DNA of 64,000 bases from Octopus sinensis (Eukaryota). The notes under the pieces were generated by a model. It was not told the origin of the DNA and searched no databases. It saw only the letters and a program-made list of their open reading frames with translations. Positions within the stretch are counted from its first letter, which is position 1, and each line of letters starts with the position of its first letter. Positions 25,771-37,636 of the stretch are shown here, piece by piece. Position numbers and translations under genes: made by a program. The DNA is taken from positions 141,980,001 through 142,044,000 of the forward strand of contig NC_042998.1 in the NCBI RefSeq assembly GCF_006345805.1, written 5' to 3'.

Positions 25771-26385
25771 GTGTGTGTGTGTGTGCGTGTGTGTGTGAGT
25801 GTGTATGCACATGTATTATATATACGTATATATACAAGTGTATATGCATTACTATATAAAGTATTTATAAGCATATGTGTGTGTGTGTGCATGCGTATCG
25901 GTCATGGGATGGTTGAATGCCTTCTCAGCATGTGTATATACATTCTGCGCTCCTCCTATAGCATTAAGAGTATCTTCACTCTTATTTCTAACAATGTAGG
26001 TGCTCCGGCATCTTTGGTTTCACTTAGTGACGATTGAATGGGCAACATTCGCGAATAACCTTTAAGATTTTTGATGATGATATATCAGTGTTAATGACCA
26101 TAACTAAAGTCACTGATATCTTAACACTCTTCGGAGGCCGTTATAAATGTTAAAGATTACTTATGGGTGTTACACTATCCTTGATGATATGATAATGTAA
26201 TGATATGATAACGTAATTCCTATTATCACTGAGGTTATTTATTAATGAGATGTAAGATGATTACTAAGTAACTTATCTACAATCTGCCCAGTTTTCTTTC
26301 TAAATATGGAGACTAGTGAAAACAGGAGTTCTATATACTGGTTATATATCATACAATTTTAAATTTCAATCACACTACAAGTACA

Positions 26386-26416
<31 letters not shown>

Positions 26417-26443
26417 GCGCACGCACGCACGCACGCACGCACA

Positions 26444-26484
<41 letters not shown>

Positions 26485-26567
26485 TATATTACATATATGT
26501 GCATATATATAAAGGATTCGAAGAATCAAACGTAATTCGGGGTTAACTTTCTAGCTGGAGATCCGGC

Positions 26568-26953
26568 TGTCAGGTAACACAGTGCTTAAATTCAGGATAC
26601 AATTTAACTTGACTGCTTCCTGAATCCAGGAAAGACAAGTGTGGAGTGTACAATTGTTGTAATGTGTCATGTGTGACTACCGTTGTACTTATAGTTGCTG
26701 TTTTACGCTAGTATTCACAATAGTTACTAGTCATCAGATACCGTTGTATCTATTCGTATCGGATACTGTCGTATCTCTTCGTACACTAACTTCTACCTTA
26801 CTATCGCAGATAGCTCCACAGAACACCGACTAGAACTGTCGACTCGCAGCACTTCGTCTCTCAACCCTCTCTTGACGACCGGCTATGGTCTGTTTATAAT
26901 GGCTGTCTCCTACTACTTTTTACCGGAAGGGGTATACAGTTACACTATACAAC
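26568..26953. mobile_element. Possible solo LTR
   Basis: TGT...ACA ends, about 385 bp, composition distinct from flanks; no TSD found. Confidence 0.3.
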
Positions 26954-27562
26954 AATAATAATAATCAATTAAAATCACCCAGAAGAAGTGTGAGATAAAT
27001 AACATTTAATTCCGTCTGCACTGTGAATATAGCTTCGAATCAAAGTCGATGATGTAAATGAAAGCAAATTATGAAACGGCTGTAGCCATACAAGTCTAAA
27101 TCTTATTTGCCTCTCCTGCTGGATTGTAATTCATTGCAAAAACATAGTAAAGTTCGTATTAACTGGAACTTCAAATATCATCCAATGCCTTATGCAATAC
27201 TTCTGAACAAGTCGTTTGGCAAAACTTGAAGCCATAATCAATACCAACTACAATAAATTTGTTTCTATTCTCTTACTCTCTGTATTGTGTCACCTCAGCA
27301 ATAAATGTTCCGTTGTTATTAGGAAAAATATCCTTGAAATAATAACCTAATTTACATCCTCACAACCACAAAGACACATATGGATATATATTCTTGTGTG
27401 TGTGTATATGTGTAAATATGTATACATCTATACATGTGTGTATGTGCGTGTGTATTCTTTTATCTTAAACAAGCGTACTCGGGATCGATGTGATTGGTTG
27501 TTTCTTCCGAAGCTATATGTATTCTGTTATTATCTTTCTCGTTTTGGCTTCGTTACATATTT

Positions 27563-27985
27563 CTAGAACTCTCCGTCCCCTGAGAAGACTGTTTCGAGAA
27601 GATAAACGAGGGTGAGAGGAGGAAATACGCCGAGTTAACGGAATTATGCCAAAGCAATGAATGGCAAGCAAGGTGTGATCTTGTCTAGGTGGAATGTAGT
27701 TAGTTTGTAGCTCAGTCCCTCTGCAAAGCTTACAGCATGCTTGGCATCCCAGAGGCCAGCACGCAGAAGGCCATAAGGTTGGCTGTGGAGACAGCAGAGT
27801 TTGCCACTAGATCGCTGTGGATTAGGAGTTGCAAGCCCAAGAAGGGACAGTGCTACCAAGGATAGTGTGCACTGTACGCAAGCTGGAGCTTGATCAACCC
27901 CAGCGAGGTTACCTGGTTGAAGATGTCTGATGTTGAAAGACTTCAAGCACCAAATCACATCCTGGAAATATCACTAATTGTATCG
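27563..27985 (+). mobile_element. HERO-clade (REL) retrotransposon 3' fragment
   Basis: LELSVP*EDCFEKINEGERRKYAELTELCQSNEWQARCDLV*VECS*FVAQSLCKAYSMLG...AVETAEFATRSLWIR follows the HERO pattern ELTVPWE...VEVGCRGF...WLWI; HERO-like 3' UTR TGATCAACCCC...GTCTGATGTTGAAAGAC. Confidence 0.8.
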
Positions 27986-28019
27986 TACAGTAAGACCACA
28001 GGGGAACGTCGTTATTAGG

Positions 28020-28282
28020 GTTAGTAGGAGAGGTTAGAAAGTCGAAGGAGGGTGGAATACTATAATTGAATAAATTAAGAGAAGTTAAGAGAAATTAAAA
28101 GAAGTCAAAAGCAATTAAGAACATGACTGCAAAAGATGAAAAGTTGCTTAGAAAATTTTTTTTCAGAAATCTCAAAAGCGTCTTAGAGAAAAAATTGCTT
28201 TTAACTTCGTTTTAACTTCTCTTAATTTATTCATTTACAGTATTTCATCCTCTTCCTTTACCTTCCAAGCCCCTCCTACTAA
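28020..28282. mobile_element. Small foldback/MITE with imperfect arms of about 95 bp
   Basis: TGAATAAATTAAGAGAAGTTAA...AAAAGCAATT mirrored by AATTGCTTTT...TTAACTTCTCTTAATTTATTCA. Confidence 0.6.
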
Positions 28283-28954
28283 CAGCATTACCCTGTTGTT
28301 TTACTATACTATAACCATGTTGTTATACTATACCATAACCATGTTGCCTGAGATACACCAGCACATTATCATCACTGATTGTGTCCAGATGCATCACAAG
28401 ATGATGTATGGGAAACCTGATAGTTTCTGCCGAGAAAGCTTCTGGCTTACACCTCATTCGCACCAACCGTTTCATTTTCAGCTTTCAGTCTTACATTTCT
28501 GAACCAGATCTGAGTTTTTCTTTATCAACATCAGCTTCACTCAATCTTCAGAATGTAAAGGCTTTTCTTGTTCATGTGACAGGTTTTAATCTCATTTATA
28601 GCTTAATTTTTATTTCATGTAATAGTTTCTATACTTAAATGTTTCCATCGATTTTTTTCTCTTCCTCCACCTCACAGCTGTCTATTACCACATCCAGTTT
28701 AAGTTAAATTGTATCCTGAATTTAACTACTGTTTCATATTTGTTTATTCGAAAACAGAAAATAATTAATTTTTGTATTGTACTAGGGCTTTACTCGTGGC
28801 TACGCTGCCGGAAAAGAAAATATTTAATTATGCACGTACCTTCTTTTAATAGATTGTTATATAGTGAAAGTTTCGTTAGTTACTATGGTGACAACAGTCT
28901 ACTTATTTATCTATTTCCACACACACACATACACATACGCGCACACACACACCT

Positions 28955-29100
28955 ATATATAGGTGTGGTTGTGTGGCAAGGAGTTTGCTTCCCAACCACA
29001 TGGTTCCTGGTTCAGTCCCAGGCAAGTGTCTTCTGCTACAGCCTCGGGCCACCAAAGCCTTTAGGAGTGGATTTGTCAGACGGAAACTGAAAGAACCCTG
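28955..29100 (+). mobile_element. SINE family A head
   Basis: GGTGTGGTTGTGTGGCAAGG...GGTTCAGTCCC...GGCAAGTGTCTT. Confidence 0.8.
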
Positions 29101-29128
29101 AATATATATATATATATGCATATATATA

Positions 29129-30398
29129 CGAGGGGCGTTCAATAAGTAATGCCCCTGACCCACTTCCCATAGCAGTAGAGCAACGACACTTGGCACAGTT
29201 ATTAGTCTTTTCCTACATAGGAACTACCCAGAGTTATGCATTTCTCCCATTGTTTGATACAGCTCTGGAGACCGTTTTTGTAGAAGACCCCAGCTTGGTC
29301 CTCCAACCACGACGTGACTTCAGAAATCAAGGCTGCATCATCTGGGAAACGCTTTCCTTTCAAAATCAACTTCATGGCTGGGAAGAGGTGAAAATCAGAG
29401 GGTGCAAGGGGAGGAGTTCATAGCTGCACGCCTGTGCTTCTGATCTGGCGACACGCGAGTTGTGGACCGGAGCGTTGTCCTGCAGGAGGAGGATGCCTTT
29501 GCTGATCTTGCCCCGCCTCTTGATTTTGATAGCTTCTCTTAATTTCCTCAAAAGTGAAGCATAATAGGCTCCTGTAATTGTGGTACCCTTTGCCAGGAAA
29601 TCTGTCATCACTACTCCGTCCTGGTCCCAGAAGACTGTGAGCATAACCTTGTCAGCGGAGGGCTGCACCCTTGCCTTCTTTGGAGGAGGTGAGTCACGGT
29701 GCTTTCACTGCATTGACTGGGCTTTGGTCTATGGATCATAGTGATGGACCCAGGTTTTATCCTGTGTGATCAGTCTTTTAAAAAATTTTGACTCATCTTC
29801 TTGGCACATCTCCAAATTCATCCTCGAGCACTCAACGCGTTCTTGCTTCTGGAAAGGTGTGAGCAACCTGGAAATCCATCTGGCAGACACCTTTTGCATA
29901 TGCAAATGGTCATGAATGATAGTTTCCACAGACCCGGTACTAATCTTGACCTTATGGGCTATTTGGCGAATAGTTATGCGTTGACCTTCCATAATGGCAG
30001 CCTCAACTTGACGGACAGACGTCTCATCAATGGCAGAAGGGGGCGACCAGATCTGGGAGCTGTTTCCACAGAGTTCCGACTATGTTTGAATTCACAATGC
30101 CAGCGTTTTACAAGGTCATATGATGGGGCATCATCACCATAAGTTACTTTCATTTCATCAAAAGTCTCCCGTGGTGTGCGTCCTTTCAAATACAAAAACC
30201 AGATCACTGCTCGACACTCAACATGCTCCATTTCACACTTGACTCAGTTCAAACACCTGTAAATCAGAAACCACAATTAGTTCAGAGCTGTAATTCGCTA
30301 CTTAATCTATAGAGGTATAAATAAGTGCACATGCAAAATTTCAGCTAGATCAAACAACTGCAAGTGGGTCAGGGGCATTACTTATTGAACGCCCCTCG
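29129..30398 (-). mobile_element. Near full-length mariner (DD34D), 1270 bp
   Basis: Perfect 37-bp TIRs CGAGGGGCGTTCAATAAGTAATGCCCCTGACCCACTT; TA target duplication on both sides. Confidence 0.95.
29202..30231 (-). pseudogene. mariner transposase, frameshifted, YSPD motif deleted
   Basis: MEHVECRAVIWFLYLKG...WVHHYDP...KVMLTVFWD...LQDNAPVH...(YSPD missing)LAPSDFHLFP...EKCITLGSSYVGKD*. Confidence 0.92.
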
Positions 30399-30407
30399 TA
30401 CTTACCA

Positions 30408-30575
30408 CGCAGGAGTGGCTGTGTGGTAAGTAGCTTGCTTACCAACCACATGGTTCCGGGTTCATTCCCACTGCGTGGCACCTTGGGCACGTGTCTTCTA
30501 CTTTAGCCTCAATCCGACCAAAGGCTTGTGAGTGGATTTGGTAGACGGAAACTGGAAGAAGACCGTCGTATAGAT
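30408..30575 (+). mobile_element. SINE family A head (little decayed)
   Basis: GCAGGAGTGGCTGTGTGGTAAG...GGTTCATTCCCACTGCGTGGCACCTTGGGCACGTGTCTT. Confidence 0.88.
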
Positions 30576-31745
30576 GTATATATATATATACACGCCTACA
30601 CACATACATACACACATACATAAACACACACACATACACATATACACACATACGCACACACACATATACTTATACACATGCACACACACACACATACATA
30701 CATACACCCATATACATACACACACACATACCCACATACTCCTATACGCACATACATACACACAGACATACACACATACACACTCACACAAACATACACA
30801 CACACATACTTACACACACACTCACCTGCACGCGCACACACATGCATGACAACACCCATACACTCACACTCACATACGCACACACCAACATAAACACGCA
30901 CACGCACACGCACACACACACCTACACTCCCACACACATACACACGCACCTACATACACACACGCACGCATACACACGCATACACACATACATTACACAC
31001 GTACACACACACCTACATACACATGTATACACACACACACACAAACATGCACGGACACACCCAGACATACACACATACACTTATATACACACGCCCACAC
31101 ACCTACATACACACACATATACACACGCCCACACACCTACATACACACACATACATACACACACATACACGGACACACCCATCATACTTACATACATACA
31201 CCTATACACACACGCCTACACCTACATACATACACACACATGCATACACACACACACATGTACGCACACACACACACATATACGCACATACAATATACCC
31301 ACACACATGCACACACACACACACATACGCACATGCATGCATGCATGCATGCACACGCGCACACCTACACGCATAACACACACACACACGCACGTACACA
31401 TACATACATACACACACGCATACATACACCCATACACATACATGCATCCTACACACACATACATACACACTCACACATACATACACACACACACACAACT
31501 CCCACACACTGTATGTACGCGCATACACATGCACATACACACACTTCCCCACACCCCACACGTACATACATACACACTCACACACATACACACACACACA
31601 CACACACACGGACATACATCTATGCATACACATACATACCACATACTCACATACATTCATCGGACACACTGCACTGCCACCCGACATACACACAGACACA
31701 CTCACACATCCACACACATACATACTTACGCACATACTCGCAGGC
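30576..31745. repeat. Long degenerate CA/CATA/CACG low-complexity tract
   Basis: Direct read; source of the His/Thr-rich pseudo-ORFs. Confidence 0.95.
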
Positions 31746-32469
31746 TCGCGCACGCACGCGCTTGCGCCGGTTCGCGTACGCATACGCTCCGCAGGCACCT
31801 CGCTCTTGGAACCGACAAGACCTCCCGCCCGTTCCTGGACCGTCGCGTGTCGTGGGTTTCCCACGCCCGCCTCCGCGGGACCACTCTACCATCTTCCCCT
31901 CAGCTGGAGTCCTTTTTCCTAAACCCCCCCCCCTTTTTTTTCGTTACACACACGCGCACACATTACACACATTGCTTAAATATATACATTACTCTTACAC
32001 ACATTCAATCTACTCGCATTTTATACCACCACAACACTGGACACACACACACACACTACTACTCAACACACGCTGGCACGCTACATACGCCCCCACCCCT
32101 TCCCCTCCCTCCCTTCCTCCCTTCTTTTTCTTACTATGACCTTTGTCTGCTAAGCTGACCACTATCTCGCCCTACCTCACACGCCTACACACAGACGCAC
32201 ACACTAACACACACATATATATTTTTTTGTTTTTTTCATCTCGCCTCACACACACACACATACACACACGCACACGCACACACTCCACATACACACACAT
32301 CTGTTGCGTTACCAACCTGTCTCCACTCTTTTGCCTTTAAAAACCCACTTTGCTCTGTTTTCGTAAACATCCGCCTTTCACCATGTGCAACTCGTAAACA
32401 CCATCGTCTTTTTTCTCTTTCCCTGTTGCCCGCTCTGGGATCTTTCTTTCCTCTCTCTTCCTTCTTTAT

Positions 32470-32504
32470 GTTTCCGACGAAGAGCTCCGCTCGAAACGTC
32501 ATAC
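32470..32504 (+). ncRNA. Minimal type I hammerhead ribozyme (decayed copy)
   Basis: GTTT-CCGACGA-A-GAGC tcc GCTC-GAAA-CGTC-ATAC; U4 to C change in the core, one mismatch in stem I. Confidence 0.65.
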
Positions 32505-32619
32505 CTCCTTGCTTCCTTTTCCTGAGCGCCTATTAATAATAATACTGTAATTGTTCCATTGTTGTTGTTTTTTTGTTTCCCGTTTGGATTAAAATTATAT
32601 ATAATATATATATATATAT

Positions 32620-32659
<40 letters not shown>

Positions 32660-32775
32660 TCCTTGTCCTGTCTTTTACTGCTTATATTTTGTACTGTCGT
32701 TACTGTCCTGTTTTTGTTACCATTTTTACCCCTCTGCAAAAAGATCTCAAATTTTATTTGATTTTCTTTTCGCAG

Positions 32776-32875
32776 GAAGGAAAGTTTCTATCAAAGATAC
32801 GTCTCGCCTTCCCCTTCGAAACGTAGAGTAGATGAAACCATGGCGACTGAAGAAGGGTTTTTTTCCTTGTGATAT
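32776..32875 (+). ncRNA. Candidate non-circularly permuted hammerhead ribozyme, copy 1
   Basis: TACGTC/ACGTA (stem III, GUC site), TCGCC/GGCGA (stem I), GAAGG/CCTTC before GAAA, GTTTC..ATC/GAT.GAAAC, core CTGAAGA at 32847. Confidence 0.6.
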
Positions 32876-33603
32876 TTGTCCTGTACTCTATTTTTTTGTT
32901 GTTTAAGAAAAATGTCCAGTTCCTTGGGTTTGTGTCTATGTTTTCGTTTCTCATTGTGTTCGACGTTTTTTTGGTGTCCTGTACCCATATATGCGAGTAT
33001 ATATACATGTAGAGGTAGGTACGTACATATATGTATATATATATATGCATGTTTTATTTTTTAATATATTATATGACGGAACGCACGCATCCCTTTCTAA
33101 GTAAGATTGTTCTTGATATTAATTTTGATGCGCACTCTTCACCTTTCTGTCCTCTCCCTTTCTCAGCCTTCATTCTTTGATTTCCTTTTCTTCCACTTAA
33201 CTGTCTCTCCCTCTCTCTCATTCTTCACTCTCTCTCTCTCTCCCTCTCTCTCATTCTTCATTCTTTCTAGTTTCCTCACAACCATTCCCCTTTCTTCTCT
33301 CCCTTTCTCTAACTCCTCCTCCTCCCTCCCGCCGTTAACCCGCGACGAGAGCATTGCCACCTTCTTTCTCGCCTGACCTTCTTGAGGTGTGAACAGCAAT
33401 TTTATTTTCCCCCTTCGCCGTCCACAGAAATAGCGTTCGTAATACTTTTTTTCGTTCGGCTTAACAGCCCTTCTTGTCTTGTTATTCTCCTTGTCCTGTC
33501 TTGTACTCTTTATATTTTGTACTGTCGTTGCTGTCCTGTTTTTGTTACCATTTTTACCCCTCTGCAAAAAGATCTCAAATTTTATTTGATTTGCTTTTCG
33601 CAG

Positions 33604-33700
33604 GAAGGAAAGTTTCTATCGAAGATACGTCTCGCCTTCACCTTTGAAACGTAGAGTAGATGGAATCATGGCGACTGAAGAAAGGGATTTTTCCTTGTGT
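33604..33700 (+). ncRNA. Candidate non-circularly permuted hammerhead ribozyme, copy 2
   Basis: Same layout as 32776-32875; substitutions give mostly G-U wobbles. Confidence 0.55.
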
Positions 33701-33893
33701 TATTTGTCCTGTACTCTATTTTTTTGTTGTTTAAGAAAAATGTCCAGTTCCTTGGGTTTGTGTCTATGTTTTCGTTTCTCATTGTGTTCGACGTCTTTTT
33801 AGTGTCCTGTACTCATAAATGCGTGTATATATACATGTAGAGGTAGGTACGCACATATATGTATATATATATATGCATATGTTTTATTTATTA

Positions 33894-33945
<52 letters not shown>

Positions 33946-34116
33946 CATATATGTATTGTGTATATACATTGTGTGTGTGTCCAGCCCCTGATGATTACTG
34001 GTGTTGGTGTGTTTAGATCCCCGTAACGTAGCGGTTCGGCAAAAGATACCGATACATTAAATGCTAGGCTTTAAAACTCCCAAACACTGGGTCAATTCGC
34101 TCGATTACAGTTCTTC

Positions 34117-34211
<95 letters not shown>

Positions 34212-34970
34212 ATAAGGATGAAAAGGAACACACGAGTTGATATATATGGAAAAAAAGTCAAAATAGAAAATGCTAAAATAATTTTATAAAAAACATTTCA
34301 GTACCGGTTTCAGTCATTGAGACCTTTTCAACTTTAACAATTAAATAATTAAATTTAGAAAAATTAAAAGAATAGTTTTTTAAAAAGAATAGTTGTATAT
34401 TGTTCAAATACAAGTGGCATTTTCCTTGTTTCTGCCTGTCTCTGTCTCTCTTGTTTACTCTTGTGGGTTCGAGGTCCTTGTGAATTCTTGGTAGAATTCT
34501 CCCGCGTGCATGCCCATTTTCAGATGCGCACACTCGCATCAATATACACATGCACGCAAAACTATATGAGCGCGTCTGCACGTCCACATATAAAACTGTA
34601 TAGTTGCCTATGCTGCCCCTTCCTCCTTCCCCCCTAAACAATCTAACCGATTTCTAATCAACACGTGGTCTATTTCCTGTCCTCCATGCGGTCACTTTCC
34701 TGTTCACCATGCGGTATTTTACAACTAAATGTTGACCATATGCCATCATCAAATCACAACACCGTGTGACCTTCCTCGACCAATCGCAGCCCACTTTTCA
34801 GCAATAACACTCAACTTCTGTCATTTAAATTCAAAATGTTCGACGACTATTGTCACGCTAAAACTCAAGAGTACCAACGAATTTGAATCAAATTGTTTTG
34901 ATCCATACATATAACTCCCAATAAATGGATTGAGTGCCCTTCTTTCGTTTGTCCACTCACTCGTATGTAT

Positions 34971-35002
<32 letters not shown>

Positions 35003-35008
35003 CTATAT

Positions 35009-35039
<31 letters not shown>

Positions 35040-35042
<3 letters not shown>

Positions 35043-35170
35043 CGATGTGCTTCCGCATAATTTCTGTCTATCAAATTCTCAAGCCACGTTGCCTAAGGTG
35101 TAACGCAGTAGGACCGAACCCGAAACCACATGATTGCAAAGCGAGCTTCTTAACGACCCAGTCATGCGCC
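35040..35170 (-). mobile_element. SINE family A head
   Basis: CCGAACCCGAAACCACATG...AAGCGAGCTTCTTAAC. Confidence 0.7.
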
Positions 35171-36354
35171 TTACAGTAAATATTTTATAATTGTTTTAGC
35201 TGCGGTCTATCCTTACTGCTATGCGTATTAATAATTATCATTTTGCATGAGATTGTGTCGAGAATATACTAAACGTAGTCACTATTTTTCTCTTTCTCAT
35301 ATTCTTCTTTTTTATTTATTTTTTCCGTTTTCCTGTCTTATGGTTATTCACTTAGCTTCGAGTTGAGAATATTAAACTGTAACTTATGGGAAGAACGTGA
35401 ATATTAATACCTATTACCTTATTTTGACATTTAGCTCAGTTTTAAGAGTATTAATCTAATGCCTCCGTAATATTCCTTCCTAATACTTTCTTGTGTGCAT
35501 GTGTGTGCGTACGTGCGTGTTGCGTTGTGTAATCTTTCCAGTTTATTAATTCATAAACATTTCGAGTACGTTTGCTTTAATATTCTTATCTTTCTGTTTT
35601 GACGTCTCCTGTTTAAAAATGACAACGGTAATTTTCATTAAATTTCCTCTCTTCAAGGTTAGGTTGCAGCAATTCATATCTAGTCTAGTTTAGTAAGTTG
35701 GTTAAATGTGTTAAAACCAACGACAAAAAAAAAACAAAAAAAAAAACAACGAAAAATGTAAATGTTTCCCTGGTATATTCCACTTTTTAATGAAGATAGA
35801 TTTCATTCTTATAATTCCCTATTTTGTTTGTAACTCAGAAATCTTCCCTGTTTCATAATGACATCAGTGATATATCTGCTTGCTATTTGTGATACCTTAT
35901 TCGGTACCATTTGTTATATGCGCTGCTTACTCAAGGCTTGACTCAAAATCCACCGGTGGGAAAACATGTGAGCATTTATCCTTTGCCATGTTATTTTAGA
36001 GGGATGTATTGAAGACAGATATTCTGGGTTTGAGATCTTTTGGCGTCGCTGATTCGACTTACTTGACATCAAAGATCTTAATGCTTTTCTCGTTTTGATG
36101 CTTCTTTCATTTTCTCCCCCTCGTCGCCTCTCTCTTTCGCCTTCTCTTTCTCTTTTCTCCCTCTCCTCTCTCTTGCTCTCTCTCTCTTCCCTCTCTCTCT
36201 GTTTATACATGTAAGCATATATCTCTTTAGGTACACGAGAAGAGGAAAATGTTTACGCCAATCAAGTTCAAATAAATTGTAACGCCTCCGCTCTCTCCTC
36301 TTCCTCCCCTCCTCCTCCTACTCCCCCTCTCTCTAATTCGTTCTATCTTTTATA

Positions 36355-36520
36355 TTATTCTTTTATTCTTTTACTTGTTTCAGTCATCTGACTGCGGTCA
36401 TGCTAGAGCACTGCCTTAAAGGGTTTTTAGTCGAAGAAATCGCCCCCAAGACTTATTCTTTGTAAACCTAGTACTTATTCCATCGGTCTCTTTTGCCGAA
36501 CCGCTACATTACGGGGGCAA
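36355..36520 (-). mobile_element. SINE family A tail
   Basis: TTTACTTGTTTCAGTCATCTGACTGCGGTCATGCTAGAGC. Confidence 0.8.
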
Positions 36521-36591
36521 ACACAAACACACATGCGTGCGCACACACAAACACACATGCGTGTGCACACACAAACACACACACACACACG

Positions 36592-36626
<35 letters not shown>

Positions 36627-36648
36627 CACACACACACATATATATATA

Positions 36649-37543
36649 TATACATAAATTATTAGAGAGTTATCCACTATGTGGATAACTCTAGTGCTAA
36701 AAATAGCTCCGAAGCAACCACAGAAGATCTGTTTCCAACTAGAATCAACATACATTTAACGTAAGGAAAGTGAAATACAACGAATAAAATAGATTGACTC
36801 TATACAATTGTTTCATTACTAATGTAATATGTAGTTTTACTTACACTTACATCTATAAATCTTCGGTAGAGTTTGTCAGAAATGCAATTAATTAGATCGA
36901 TTCGAGCGTCAAAAACACGAGCGGTCCAACCAATTACATTTTTAGTTATGTCTCAAATTCCGCGCCAAAAGCATGCCTAGACTCCATTGGAAACGTATGC
37001 CGCATCAAATAAAATATTGACTGCCGCGTAGTTAAATTTATAAAATTATAAATGAGGGTGAAAAATCGATATTAATTTAATAAGCCACTTGGTGTTAAAT
37101 TAATGGTATTATTAAATTAATATCGATTTTTCACCCTCATTTATAATTTTATAAATTTAACTACGCGGCAGTCAATATTTTATTTGATGCGGCATACGTT
37201 TCCAATGGAGTCTAGGCATGCTTTTGGCGCGGAATTTGAGACATAACTAAAAATGTAATTGGTTGGACCGCTCGTGTTTTTGACGCTCGAATCGATCTAA
37301 TTAATTGCATTTCTGACAAACTCTACCGAAGATTTATAGATGTAAGTGTAAGTAAAACTACATATTACATTAGTAATGAAACAATTGTATAGAGTCAATC
37401 TATTTTATTCGTTGTATTTCACTTTCCTTACGTTAAATGTATGTTGATTCTAGTTGGAAACAGATCTTCTGTGGTTGCTTCGGAGCTATTTTTAGCACTA
37501 GAGTTATCCACATAGTGGATAACTCTCTAATAATTTATGTATA
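36649..37543. repeat. Long inverted repeat: 435-bp arms, 25-nt spacer
   Basis: 36649-37083 is the reverse complement of 37109-37543 at every stretch I compared; spacer GCCACTTGGTGTTAAATTAATGGTA; 37081-37148 is repeated at 37574-37641. Confidence 0.92.
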
Positions 37544-37636
37544 AATTTGTATTTTCTCCGTAGTTTTTTGTGCTAAGCCACTTGGTGTTAAATTAATGGT
37601 ATTATTAAATTAATATCGATTTTTCACCCTCATTTA

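Larger units (their letters stand above)
32340..33895 (+). mobile_element. PLE-derived non-autonomous element with two direct pseudo-LTR-like repeats of about 400 bp
   Basis: About 32660-33060 and 33490-33890 are direct repeats; hammerhead-like motifs present; termini in (TA)n. Confidence 0.7.

Noticed and set aside
27925-27960. Hammerhead in the HERO 3' UTR (CTGATGTTGAAAG)
   Set aside because: No G8-A9, no stem II and no cleavage-site helix
28483-28515. Minus-strand QIWFRNVRLK, resembling homeodomain helix 3
   Set aside because: Lacks the conserved WFxNRR basic residues, has in-frame stops just upstream, no helix 1/2 and no clear splice acceptor
30574-32158. Long His/Thr- or Val/Cys-rich ORFs (up to 438 aa)
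   Set aside because: Translations of CA/CATA microsatellite; open in several frames on both strands
36669-36689. DnaA-box-like TTATCCAC pair
   Set aside because: Eukaryotic context; it is simply part of a small hairpin
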